Assembly (NCBI GenBank): GCA_965240325.2
Contig: OZ251230.1
Location: 2,762,667 to 2,826,666 of the forward strand
Origin: Rebecca billardiae RCC1528
Lineage: Eukaryota; Protista; Haptophyta
Length of the DNA stretch: 64,000 nucleotides
Direction: 5' to 3'
Below, one piece after another: positions 1 to 12,025 of the stretch. Both the position numbers and the translations under genes were made by a program. Positions within the stretch are counted from its first letter, which is position 1; each line of letters starts with the position of its first letter. The notes under the pieces are model-generated. The model searched no databases. It saw only the letters and a list, made by a program, of their open reading frames with translations, and was not told the origin of the DNA.

Positions 1-1633
1 CCACGACGTGCAGCTCGAGTACAGCCGGTAGAAGTGCGTGCCCAGCTCGGAGGTGCCGCCGTGCTCGTCGACGGGCGAGTCGTCGCGCTTCATCTCGCAC
101 ATCGAGGCGCCCAGCAGCAGCGCGCGCTGCACGAGGCGCTCGTACCAGAGGCGGCCGTCGCCGAGCATGATCTCGTGGTGCAGCGGGTGCCCGCTCAGCA
201 GGCCGAGCTGCGCGGGCGTCACGCCGACGAAGACGGCCACCTGCGCCGAGCGCGGCGGGCGGGGCGGCGCGGGCGGCGCGGGCGCGGCGTCGGCGGGCGG
301 CGCTGGCGCGCGGCGCGGGCCGCGGGCGCGCGCCGGCGTGCGCGCGGGCGCAGCGCGCGAGCCGCGGTGCGGCGCGGCGCGGCGCGCCGCCCAGCGCCTC
401 CGCGCACCTGCTCCGTCCACTGCAGGTGGTTGTGCCACCACGCCCACAGCGCGCGCCCGCCGATCGGCGGGAAGGAGCCCGCGCTCCACGCGTAGCTCTT
501 GCGGTCGCCCGGCACGACGAAGGTGTTGGCGTAGCCCTTCTCCTCGTGCTTGTTGGTGCCCGTGTGCCCGATGCAGAAGAGCGTGAGCGAGTGCGGCGCG
601 CGCCACTCCTCCTGCTCGCGCAGGAAGCGCACGCCCACCGTGAACCAGTGCTCGAGCGGCGCCGAGCCCGCGGGGCGCACGTCGTTCACCTCCGCCCACG
701 CCGTCATCGGCATCGCCATCTGGTGCGCGTAGCCCTCGGGGTAGAGGCGGATGTGGCACGCCGCGCCGCCCTCCGCGTCCTTGCACGCGCTGTCCCCGTG
801 CGCGATGATCTCGTGCGCGGTCACGTGCGTCCCGTTCTGCACCAGGTGGAAGTGGTGCTGGTGCAGCGGCGGGAAGTCGAGCAGCTGCAGCGAGGCCGAG
901 GTCGAGCCGAGGTAGGAGCCGGTGATGCGCGGCAGCGGGCCGAGGAGCGGGTGCAGCACGCGGAAGGTCTGCGCGCCGGGGCGCGCGCGCGGAGGAGGGC
1001 GGGGAGCGCGCGGAGCTCGGCGCGCGACGGGGCCGCGGGCCTCGGCGGTCGTACGCGCGCGCGCGCGCGCGCCCGCGCCCGCGGCCGCGCGCTCGCCCGC
1101 GCGCGCGCACGCACCGCCTCGGTCCACGAGTACCCGCCCGTCGTCGTGATCGGCCCGACGCGCACGAAGACCCAGTCGCCCTCCGTGCCGGCGGTCGTGC
1201 CGTTCGACGGGTCGATCGTCGTGACGCACCACTCCTTCCAGTGCGGCCCCTTGGAGCGGCGGTAGCTGCCCGGCAGCGTGAGCATCGGCCCGTCCGACAC
1301 GCGCACGGGCGGCGCGCCGCCGACGTACCGGCGGAAGTCGCACGACGCCATCGCGCGCTCGATCGCGAGGCGCTGCTTCTTGCGCGTGTTCGGGTGCGGG
1401 AACATCGCCTTGCAGAACTCGCGGTACTCCTTGTCGCGGTGCCGGTCGCACGTCTCGTGCGACTCGACCCACGGCCGCGCGGCGGGCACGGGGCGCTCGG
1501 GCGCGACGGGCACGGCGCGCGCGCCGCCGAGCGCGGCGGCGAGGGCGGAGACGAGCAGCGCCGCGCGCGCCGTGGCGTGCCGCCGCCGCGGCGCGCGGGC
1601 GCCCATCGCGCCGGCACGCGCCGCCTCCGCCAT
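1..1633 (-). CDS. Uncharacterised secreted/membrane-anchored His-motif protein, 3 exons seen (1633-1115, 968-408, 240-<1), runs off the window edge
   Basis: ATG at 1633 and a hydrophobic leader (AALLVSALAAALGGARA). GT..AG introns 1114-969 and 407-241 join WTEA|TFRVLH and WTEQ|VAVFVG in frame. His motifs PPLHQHHFHL, IIAHGDSAC and WWHNH. Confidence 0.75.
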
Positions 1634-2056
1634 CGGGTGGGCGCAGCAAGGGAGGGCACGGGAGAGATCCTCGGTTTCGCGGCCAGTCGCCGGGGCGGCT
1701 GCTGCCCAAAACACGGTCACGCATGCGCGATATGCCGTTCAATTGCTAATCGATTTTACTCTGCACATCAGGCGCAGCTGCTAAAATTAAGTTCTATGAT
1801 AGTAATTCCGGTATGCCGGCTGCGCGTCAGCTCGGAATGCCACGGCTACCTTTAGCAACGACTGACTTAATGACGTCGAATGACTGCAACAAGGGAGTTC
1901 GCTTGGTGTCGCGTCGAAGGCAACCGTCGTCGCGGCGAGCATCAGTTCCCGCGGGAGAGTACTCACCGCGGCGGCGCCTGCTGTCCACGAGACCCCGAGG
2001 CGTCACTCACCGGACCGTGGGAGACTGGCAGCCGCACCACGACTCAGTCAGCCAGC

Positions 2057-3622
<1,566 letters not shown>

Positions 3623-3828
3623 TCATCATTCATCTGTGAGTCAGTTGTCTTGCCTGGTAGCTACTAGTAAGTATTAGTAGAATGCTGAGAGCTTGATAGT
3701 TGATCACGCGGAGTTCGTACGGCTAGTGCTGGCCCTGGCAGCTGGAGCTGCGGCGCAGCACGACCGGCGCCATCAGCGCCGCGCGCTCGCGGCGGCAGCG
3801 CAGCTGCCCGCATGCGACGCAGCCCGGC

Positions 3829-4719
3829 TCAGCCGCCGCTCGACACGCCGCCCATGTAGTCCGTGTCGCCGCGCACGCGCGCGCGCAGCCGGCGCGCCTC
3901 GTGCACGTCCTTTGGCGTGAAGTGCTCGGTGTGCGTCGTCGTCCACTGGCCCGCGTGCGGGTCCCACGTGTACCCGGCGGCGCGCGCGCGCGCCTCGTCG
4001 GTGTCCGAGATCGCGTACGGCCGCGGCCGCGCCTGGCGCGACGAGTACGCCGCCGGCTGCACGGGCAGCGGCTCGACGCCGCGGTCGGCGTTCTGCCGCT
4101 GCGCCGCCGTCACGTAGCGGCCCGCGGCGCCGTCGGCGCCGTCGCCGCCGCCGCGCCCGCCGTCCTCGAGCGCGTAGGGCAGCGGCCGGCCGTAAAAGTC
4201 GGCGCCGCGGTGGCGCTCGACGGGGCCCACGCCGTCCCACCCGCCGCCGTCGCGGAACTGCCGCTGCGTCGCGCTGAGGTACCGCTCGCTGTCGGCGCCG
4301 TCGCGCGCGCCCGCGCCGTCGGCGGCGTCGCGGCCGTCGTGCCGCGCGTACGGCAGCGGCCGGCCGTGGAAGTCGGCGCCGCGGTGGCGCTCGGGGCGCT
4401 GGAGGCCGTCGGCGGCGGTGAAGGCGCGGTGCGTCGCGCTCACGAAGCGCTCCGGGTCCTCGTCCGCGCCCGCGTCGCGCGCGTACGGCAGCGGCAGGCC
4501 GGCGAAGTCGTAGTGCGCGCTGCGCGGCCGCGGCCGCGCCCAGTGGCGCCGCTCCTCCTTGGGCGTGAAGTCGCGCTTGTACGTCGAGAGGTAGGGCTGC
4601 GGCACGAGCGGCGCCTCCTGCACGAGCGTCCGCCGCGGCGACGTCGCGCGGCTGATCAGCGCGAGCCGCGACGGCGTGCCCGCGGGCGGCTTGGCGCTGG
4701 CGGGGCGGGCGGCGGCCAT
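3829..4719 (-). CDS. Repeat protein (296 aa), possible axonemal microtubule-inner protein with Mn-like motifs
   Basis: ATG at 4719 and GC3-biased codons. Internal repeats ERHRGADF-GRPLPYA, plus STYKRDF, SATHRAF, SATQRQF and TTHTEHF motifs. Confidence 0.6.
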   Translation of the reverse strand: MAAARPASAKPPAGTPSRLALISRATSPRRTLVQEAPLVPQPYLSTYKRDFTPKEERRHWARPRPRSAHYDFAGLPLPYARDAGADEDPERFVSATHRAFTAADGLQRPERHRGADFHGRPLPYARHDGRDAADGAGARDGADSERYLSATQRQFRDGGGWDGVGPVERHRGADFYGRPLPYALEDGGRGGGDGADGAAGRYVTAAQRQNADRGVEPLPVQPAAYSSRQARPRPYAISDTDEARARAAGYTWDPHAGQWTTTHTEHFTPKDVHEARRLRARVRGDTDYMGGVSSGG

Positions 4720-4817
4720 GGGGCCGGCCGTTGAGAACCCCCGCCGTTTGAAGGCGCAGCCGTCCGGCCGGGTGGTCCGGGACTCACTTTTCTCGCAGGA
4801 TGGCGAGCGGCTCTTGA

Positions 4818-5741
4818 TCACTCCGCCCGCTTCTCCACCACCGCCGCGAGCGCGCAGAGGCGGCGCTTGCGGCTGATCGCCTCGAGGTCGACGCCGAGCA
4901 CGAACTTGGCGAAGCGCACGACCGAGTCCACGGTGAAGAGCACGTTCGTCAGCAGCATCGCGCCGATCGCGACGCAGCCCGCGCAGAAGAGCGCGGTGTC
5001 GCCGCTCGCGCGCAGCATCGCGAGCAGCCGCCACGCGAGCGCGCCGAAGCGCGTGCAGCGCGCGTGGACGAACATGAGCATCGCGAGCGTCGCGAGGAGC
5101 TGCATCTGCAGCCGCTGCCGCCTGCGCGCCAGGTCGAGCGAGAGCACGTAGTAGTTGATGCCGAGCGCGGCCGCGCTCGCCGCCTGCAGCAGGAACACGA
5201 GCTCGTGGTACGCACCGGACTCGGCGTGGCGCACGTTCATCGGCAGCACCATCAGCAGGCCCAGCGCGTGGTGGGTGACGCAGATCGCCATCAGCAGCGG
5301 CGGCGTGAGCTGCGCGCCGCGCGGGTGCGCCCGCCACTCGCGCGCGCGCGTGAGCAGGTCCTGCAGCTCCCAGCCCGCCTCCGACGCGGCGCCGTGGCAC
5401 GCGAGGCGCGCGGCGAGGCGCGGCGGGAGGCCGAGCGCGGGGCAGACGGCGGGGAGGCAGAGCAGCCCGCCGCACAGGTGCTGCGCGATGCACGCCATCC
5501 CGCGGCACGTCGCCTCGAGCACGCAGTCGCCGTGGTCGACGCCCGCGCGCGCGCACGCGCGGCCGATGCGCTGCACGTACGCGGCGCGCTGCGGCCACGC
5601 GGCGAGGCGCGCGTGGACGCGCGCCTCGATCCGCGGCAGGACCGCCGCCCAGAGCAGCGCGAAGCCCAGCACGAGCGTGAGCTGCGCCCGCCACGTGGGC
5701 GCGCACCGCAGCAGCTCGTCGAGCGAGGGCAGCACCGCCAT
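4818..5741 (-). CDS. TLC (TRAM/LAG1/CLN8)-like multi-pass membrane protein
   Basis: 307 aa with several hydrophobic helices, a THH motif (ICVTHHALGLL) and a downstream FVHAR, typical of TLC domains. Confidence 0.7.
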   Translation of the reverse strand: MAVLPSLDELLRCAPTWRAQLTLVLGFALLWAAVLPRIEARVHARLAAWPQRAAYVQRIGRACARAGVDHGDCVLEATCRGMACIAQHLCGGLLCLPAVCPALGLPPRLAARLACHGAASEAGWELQDLLTRAREWRAHPRGAQLTPPLLMAICVTHHALGLLMVLPMNVRHAESGAYHELVFLLQAASAAALGINYYVLSLDLARRRQRLQMQLLATLAMLMFVHARCTRFGALAWRLLAMLRASGDTALFCAGCVAIGAMLLTNVLFTVDSVVRFAKFVLGVDLEAISRKRRLCALAAVVEKRAE

Positions 5742-5873
5742 CGTGCGGCGGCTCGACCTGAATTCATTACATCAGCTGTCTGCTGTCGACGAAAAAGAAT
5801 TGCATCACGTCCCCCGAGCACTGCCAGCATGGCTGCCGCATGGCTGCGGGCGCAGACTATGGAGGGTGAGTGC

Positions 5874-8723
5874 CTAGGCGAACACGTGCGCCGCGGCGAA
5901 CGCGCGCAGCGCCTCCTCGCACGTCTGCTCCAGCTCGGCCGCCGGCCGCTCGGCGCACGCCGCCGGCCGGTGCATCCGCACCGTGTCGTTGCACTGGCCG
6001 GCGCACGCGAGCGAGCCGCGGTGCGGGCCGAGCGCGCCGAGGACGGCGGCCTCGCGCTCGGCGGCGGAGAGGCCGCGCAGCCGCGGCAGCGCGCCGCCGG
6101 GCGGCACGCGCAGCTCGACGACCGACGCCGCGCCGCCGTCCTCGCGCCGCGCGCGCAGCGCGCGCACGAGCGCGCGGCCGTCGGCGTGCGCGCCGGCGCG
6201 CAGCTCGACCACGCGCCGCGCCGCGCGCGCGCCGGCGCACTCGCGCAGCACGAGCACGGGGTGGACGAGGCGCACGCAGTGGAACGACGCGTGCGCGCGC
6301 GGCACGCACATGCCCGTGCGCGGCTCGCGGTTCAGCCCCCACACGAGTGCGCAGCACGCGGCCGAGCGGTTGGTGCCGCCGCCGCCGCGGTCGTCGTCGT
6401 CGTCGTCGCCATCGTCGCAGCCGCGGCCGGCGGCGCCGGCGGCGCCGGCGGCGCCCGGCGCGTGCGCGACGGGCACCGGCGCCACGCGCACGTGGACGAA
6501 GCGCGCGCCCAGCCCCGCCGCCGCGCCCGCGCCCGCGCCGCCCGCCGCCGCCTCCTCCGCCTCGGGACGCACGCGCGCTAGCCGCTGGTCGATGCCGCGC
6601 CGCGCGCGCGACCGGCCGTCAAGCGCCCAGCCGCCGAGCGCGGCGCACGGCGGCAGCAGGTCGACGGGCTGCGCGCCCGCCGCGGCGGCGACGAGCGCGA
6701 GCCACAGCCGCGCGTGGTTCGCCCGCGCGACGAACGCGCCCACCGCCGCCGCGCCGAGCAGCTCGGCCACGCGGCCGCGCGCGCCGCCGAGCGCGAGCAG
6801 CGCCGCGCCGCGCTCGCACGGGCCCGCGCCCGCGTGCGCGCCGGCGGGCGCGCTGAGCTCGGCCTCGGCCTGGTTGAAGGAGGTGGCGGCGGCGGCGGCG
6901 GCGAGCGCGGCGAGCGGCGGCGCCGCGCCGCCGCCCGCCTCGCCGCCGCCCTCCGCGCGTGCCGCCGCGGCCGCGCGCACCGCGGCCGCGCTCGCGCCGA
7001 GCGCGCCGCCGTCCATCAGCCCGAGCGCCTGCATGGCGCCGAGCTTGTGCGGCGCGCCGACGAGGTGGAGCAGCGCGGGGCCGAGGGCGGGCGTGGCCAG
7101 CGCGCGCTGCACCAGCCCGGACGAGCCCACCACGCCGCCGCCCACCACCGCCTGCCCAAAGTTGAGCAGCACGGCGGCGGGCGCGAGGGCGAGCGACTCG
7201 GAGGCGCCGGCGCCGCGCGCGCCCGCGGGGTGCGGCGGGCGCGGGCCCCACGCGTGCGCGCCCGCGCCGTCGTGCGCGCCGAGCCAGCTGCCGTTCGCGC
7301 CGCGCGCGCGCGGCGGCGGCGGCGCGCACGCGCGCGCGCCGCCGCGCTCGCAGCCGGCCGTGCCGAGCGCGCGCAGCCGGCGCGCGGCCGCCTCCGCCCA
7401 GCCGGCCGCGCCGCCGTCCGCGCGGCGCGCGGCTCGCAGCGGCGCGGCCTGCGCGTCGGGCAGCGCGCGCAGCGCGGCGAGGCGCTGCGCGTGCGACGCG
7501 CGCGGCTCGTGCCAGTGCCCGATGGCGTGCGCCCACACGCGCTCGCCCTCGCCCACGCCGCCCTCCGCCGCCGCCGCCCCGTCGGCCTCCGCCGCCGCCG
7601 CCGCCGCCGCGGCGCCGCCGAGCTGCTGCGGCGCCATCGCGTCGCACGAGCGCGCGAAGAGCGCGCGGTGGGCGCGGTGCTGCCCGCCGCGCTCGGCCCA
7701 GTGCTTCTCCGCCGGGTGCACCTGCGCGTACACCGCCGACGCGCAGCACGCCGACGCCGCCACGTCCGCGAGCAGCGAGTTGGAGCGTGGCGGCCGCGCG
7801 CGCCAGTGCGGGCCGCGCGTGTGCCCCAGCGCGTCAAAGCGCGCCCACCAGCGCTGCACGAGGGCGTCGTCGGCGGTGGCGAAGCGCTCGAGCCGCGCGA
7901 GCGCGCGCGCGAACAGCGCCTCCGCTGGCCCGTCCGGCGCGCAGCGGTGGCAGTGCACCAGCCCGAGCAGCACGTCCGCGCACGCGCGCCGCTTGGCCGG
8001 GTGCACGGAGACGTGAGGCGCAAACAGCAGCGCGTGCGGCAGCAGCGGCGGCGCGCGCAGCGCGGGGTACGGCGAGCGGAGCACGGCGACGTCCGCGTCG
8101 AGGAAGAGCGGGCTCACGCGCAGCCCGACCAGCCGGCGCACGTAGTGCAGCTTCGACCACTCGAGCCGGTACGCGGGCGTGCGCGCGGCGCCGAGCGCGT
8201 AGAACGACGTGTGCGCGCACGACACGCGCCACGGCGGCGCGGCGAGGAGCGCGCAGTGCGCGGGCGAGAGCACGACGACGAGCGAGTGGTCGACGCCGAC
8301 GCGCTGCAGCCCGCGCACCAGGTTCACCGCGTACGCCGACGCCACCTCCGTCGCGATCGTGAAGACGAGCTCGCCGTGGCGCGAGCGCGCGGCGAGCGCC
8401 GCCTCGAGCGCGCACGGCGCCTCGAGGTCGGCGCCGCGGTACACGGGGAGCAGCGAGGTGTTGGGCACGGGCGAGCCGCGCGGCACGTCCGTGTTCCGCA
8501 CCCACGACAGCCCCGCGCACGCCGCGCCGCCGGGGCCGGCGCCGCCGCCGCCGCCGCCGCCGCCCGCGGGCAGCACGCGCTCGGGCGCGCGCAGCGGCGC
8601 GCGGACGAGCCAGCCGAGCGCGAGCGCGAGCGCGAGGCACGCGGCCGCCGCCACGCGCCGCGGCAGCCCGCCGCGCGCCCGACGCGCGCCGCCCGCCGCC
8701 GCGCCGCCGTCAGCTCTCGTCAT
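5874..8723 (-). CDS. Type II membrane glycosyltransferase, nucleotide-diphospho-sugar transferase (GT77-like)
   Basis: N-terminal anchor (AAACLALALALGWLV), then AVNLVRGL, WSKLHYVRRLV and DxD motif LFLDADV. Long Ala/Gly-rich C-terminal extension. Confidence 0.75.
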   Translation of the reverse strand: MTRADGGAAAGGARRARGGLPRRVAAAACLALALALGWLVRAPLRAPERVLPAGGGGGGGGAGPGGAACAGLSWVRNTDVPRGSPVPNTSLLPVYRGADLEAPCALEAALAARSRHGELVFTIATEVASAYAVNLVRGLQRVGVDHSLVVVLSPAHCALLAAPPWRVSCAHTSFYALGAARTPAYRLEWSKLHYVRRLVGLRVSPLFLDADVAVLRSPYPALRAPPLLPHALLFAPHVSVHPAKRRACADVLLGLVHCHRCAPDGPAEALFARALARLERFATADDALVQRWWARFDALGHTRGPHWRARPPRSNSLLADVAASACCASAVYAQVHPAEKHWAERGGQHRAHRALFARSCDAMAPQQLGGAAAAAAAAEADGAAAAEGGVGEGERVWAHAIGHWHEPRASHAQRLAALRALPDAQAAPLRAARRADGGAAGWAEAAARRLRALGTAGCERGGARACAPPPPRARGANGSWLGAHDGAGAHAWGPRPPHPAGARGAGASESLALAPAAVLLNFGQAVVGGGVVGSSGLVQRALATPALGPALLHLVGAPHKLGAMQALGLMDGGALGASAAAVRAAAAARAEGGGEAGGGAAPPLAALAAAAAATSFNQAEAELSAPAGAHAGAGPCERGAALLALGGARGRVAELLGAAAVGAFVARANHARLWLALVAAAAGAQPVDLLPPCAALGGWALDGRSRARRGIDQRLARVRPEAEEAAAGGAGAGAAAGLGARFVHVRVAPVPVAHAPGAAGAAGAAGRGCDDGDDDDDDRGGGGTNRSAACCALVWGLNREPRTGMCVPRAHASFHCVRLVHPVLVLRECAGARAARRVVELRAGAHADGRALVRALRARREDGGAASVVELRVPPGGALPRLRGLSAAEREAAVLGALGPHRGSLACAGQCNDTVRMHRPAACAERPAAELEQTCEEALRAFAAAHVFA

Positions 8724-9556
8724 CGCGGCGCGGCCGCCATGGCGCCGCGCGGATGGAAGTCTGAAGTCTCGCGGACACATGGACGCCTGGGGAAAAGAAA
8801 TGCAGAAGGACGAAATAAAGAAAAAGAGAGTCCGCCGCCGAGATGAGCGCGAAAGCGGCGTGCGCGAGCAACGCCTACGACTACGTACGAGGAGACGCGC
8901 GAGCACACGGCGGCCGTGTTGCGCCAACACGGCACATCAGCGCACTGTCAAGTAGTGATGGCATATCATCAGGCGGCATCAGCACTCATCAGCTATGGCC
9001 GCGCCTCGGCCGATCAGCATCACGCACTGCCGCTCAGCCGCAGGGCGGCAGTCTGACGACATCTGCTGATGACATCTCGGCGCCCGGCCTCGCCGTCGGG
9101 CCTGCCATACTGTGCCTGTGGGCCTAGCGGCTAGCCGTCGATATCTGCCACTCTGTGCCACTGTGATGGGCTCTGCTGTGGCTGTGCCTAGTCGGAGTGG
9201 CGGCGACCGTGTCGTATGAACTGATAACGACGCGACGACTCAGGCTGTGCTGAGCAGTCGTCATCACTACTAGCGTGATCAATGCGGTGCTCGTAACCGT
9301 GCCCGCTCGGATACGTAACATGCAGGCATCAAAACAGCAGCATGAGCATGAATAATAACGGCATCATCGCGTCATCATATCGTCGCGATATCGCATCATG
9401 CATCGCATATTATGTAGTATCGCGTCGTATGACGTATCATCATCAGGCGCGTCTCTACTCAGTCTCGTCTCGTCTCTCTCTCACTCGATCTCTCCGTCTC
9501 TCTCGATCTAGCTACGGCGGTAGTCTCTCGTCTCGTCGTCTCGAGTCTCGTCTGCT

Positions 9557-9587
9557 TATTATAATAATATACTTATATATATATAAG

Positions 9588-9619
<32 letters not shown>

Positions 9620-9665
9620 CGTCGTCTCTCCCGTCTCTCTCTCTCTCTCTCTCGTCTCTCTCTCT
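9557..9665. repeat. (TA)n and (CT)n microsatellites in an AT-rich intergenic patch
   Basis: Directly visible tatatata and ctctct runs. Confidence 0.9.
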
Positions 9666-9668
9666 ACA

Positions 9669-10616
9669 GGCTCCAGCCACAGTCAGGGACGTCCACTGAC
9701 CCTATGGGGGGGGTGCATTTAGACGAACCCCTGGGAGCCAGGGAGCGATGAGGGTACCAATCGAAAGGTCTCCGGGGCGGCGGACGAAGCCGCAGGTTCA
9801 AAACCGAAGCCGCAGACGATTTCGTATGTTTCCTTGTCCTTGAACGCGTCGTCACAGTCGAACACGGAGGACTCCATCGTGCTGAACTTTTTTTTGGGCT
9901 CCCGGACCGGTCTCTCGCACGATGGAGCGCCGCCGAGCGGGCGAGGAGACGAGACGTCTTGGAGGCCTTGATCCGGGCGCATCCGCTGGTTGGCCGCGGC
10001 ACCCTGTCGCGCTCGCGCCCCGGGTGCACGTTCGTGCACTGAGAGTCACCGATGGGCGAGAAGCTGCTCGTCGACTCGAGCAAGCTGCGCGCTTTCCGCG
10101 TCGAGCTGCTCGCGCCGGCGGCCACATCTCGCGGCGGTGCGGGCGTGCGCATGAGCTTGTCGGCTTCTAGCTGCTCGCGCCCCGGGCCGCGCCGTCAGCT
10201 CGTGGTGCCACGGGTATGCGCACGAGCTCGTGCTTGGCTGCAGCTCCTCAGAGGACTGCCACAGCTGGCTGGCTCAGAGCTTGTTCGCGAGTGCTAAGGT
10301 GCGGCGTGGCCTGCGCGGTGCGCCGCAGCGGTCAATGCGTTGCTCGATCCTGCACTACGCTACGTCTTGACTCGCGAGGGAGGCGCCGATATTGGGGCTG
10401 TGTGCAATGCGTCATGGCCGCCCGGCGCAGAGCCGACGCCGCACGACGCAGCCCTCAGCCAACACCAGCGAACACGGTCTGCTATGCGAATTCTGGCGAG
10501 TTGGGGCCTTATTGAGGCGTATTTGGTCCTTCGATCGGCTGGGGGGAGCCCCCCCCAGACCCCCCCAGAGAGTCTGAATGCACCCCTGCTGGACGTCCCG
10601 GACAGTGACCGGAGCC
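9669..10616. mobile_element. 948-bp non-autonomous TIR DNA element with 4-bp TSD (TACA)
   Basis: Left end GGCTCCAGCCACAGTCAGGGACGTCCA..GGGGTGCATTTAGAC matches the reverse complement of the right end, GGCTCCGGTCACTGTCCGGGACGTCCA..GGGGTGCATTCAGAC. TACA at 9665-9668 and 10617-10620. Confidence 0.8.
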
Positions 10617-10808
10617 TACATGAGTGCGGAGCAGTCGCACGCGACGTGGCGTGGTGCAGCTGGCGATGACGACGACGGTCGCGTCATACTACTACTCATA
10701 GCCGGATCATGATGCCTCAGCCAGTTACGAGTCGTCGCGCAGTTCGTCCGGCCGCGTACAGTAGAGAACGCCCCCCGGGCCGGCGTCCGTCGCACGCGGC
10801 CCGCCCTG

Positions 10809-11918
10809 TCACGTCGGCGGCGTGACCGTCGAGATGGAGTCGCGCCTCGGGTCCGAGCCCGTCGCGCTGCCGCTCGGCTCGCAGCCCGCCGGCGAGGGCG
10901 GCGACGCGCCGCGACTCGGCTGCGGCGGCGCCGCGCCGCCGGCCGCGGCGCTCGGGCCCGCCGCCTTGTGCCGCTTGGCGGGCGGCGGCATCGGCCGCGG
11001 CGGCGGGGCGGGCGGCGCGGGCTCCGGCGGTGCGCGCGAGCTACCCGCCGCCGCGCCGCCGCCGCCACGCGCACCGCCGCCGCCGCCCGCCGCCGCTCGC
11101 GCCGCCGCTGCGCCGCCGCCGCTGTCGAGCGCGGCCGGGCCGGCGCGCGCGCGCGGTGCGGCAAGCTGCACGGCGCCCGCGCGCGCGTCGCGCTCGCGCT
11201 CGGCGCGCGCGGCGTCGAGCGCGGCCCTCACCTCGTCGAGCGCGTCGGGCACGAGCAGCTCCGCCCACGCCCGGCCGCGCGTGCGCGCCGGCTCGAGCCG
11301 GCGCGGCGGGCGCTCGAGCGCGCGCGCGCCGAGCAGCGCGGCCGCCATCGCCGCGCGCGCCTCGGACGCGCCCGGCGGCGCGTCTCGCATCACCTGCTCG
11401 ACGGCGTCGGCCGTGTGCAGCGCGGCGGCGGTGGCGTCGCGCACGCGCAGCGCGAGCACGCGCTGCAGCACCGCCGCGCGCCGCGAGCGCAGCGCCGTCG
11501 CGGCGGCCTCGCCCGCGCCGCTCGCCATCCGCTCGAACGCGCCGGCAAACGCCTCGTTGCTCGCCGCAAAGTTGTCGAGCTGGGGCGGCGCGGAGCGCAG
11601 GCCGGCGGCGAGCGCGGCGATGCGCTCGCGCGGCGCCTCGAGCCGCAGCACGCCCTCGTGCACCGCGTGGCGCAGCACCGCGACCGCGGCGGTCGCGGTC
11701 GGGCAGCGCGCCTCGAGCGCCGCGCGCTCGGCGGCCGCGACCGCGGCGAGCTCGGCGACGGCGGCGTCGTGCGCGGCGCTGTGCGCCTTGAGCTGCATGC
11801 CCTCGAGCATCACGTCCAGCAGGAACGTCGCCTCCGCGTCCGACGCGGCCAGCCGCGCGATCAGCTCGACGGGCGGCGAGAGCTCGAGCGCGTCGTCGGG
11901 CGGCTCGTCCTCGGCCAT
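10809..11918 (-). CDS. Hypothetical helical protein (369 aa)
   Basis: ATG at 11918 (MAEDEPPDDALELSPP), protein-like composition and GC3 bias. Divergent from the SDR gene. Confidence 0.6.
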   Translation of the reverse strand: MAEDEPPDDALELSPPVELIARLAASDAEATFLLDVMLEGMQLKAHSAAHDAAVAELAAVAAAERAALEARCPTATAAVAVLRHAVHEGVLRLEAPRERIAALAAGLRSAPPQLDNFAASNEAFAGAFERMASGAGEAAATALRSRRAAVLQRVLALRVRDATAAALHTADAVEQVMRDAPPGASEARAAMAAALLGARALERPPRRLEPARTRGRAWAELLVPDALDEVRAALDAARAERERDARAGAVQLAAPRARAGPAALDSGGGAAAARAAAGGGGGARGGGGAAAGSSRAPPEPAPPAPPPRPMPPPAKRHKAAGPSAAAGGAAPPQPSRGASPPSPAGCEPSGSATGSDPRRDSISTVTPPT

Positions 11919-12025
11919 CGCTGCCAGGAGCTTGAAAGTTGGCTGCGCGCGGCAAGGTCGTTGGGCAGCCGCGCTTGGCCCCTGGATTCGGCGATTCGCC
12001 GCCGACTCCTGGTCCGGCATTGGCG

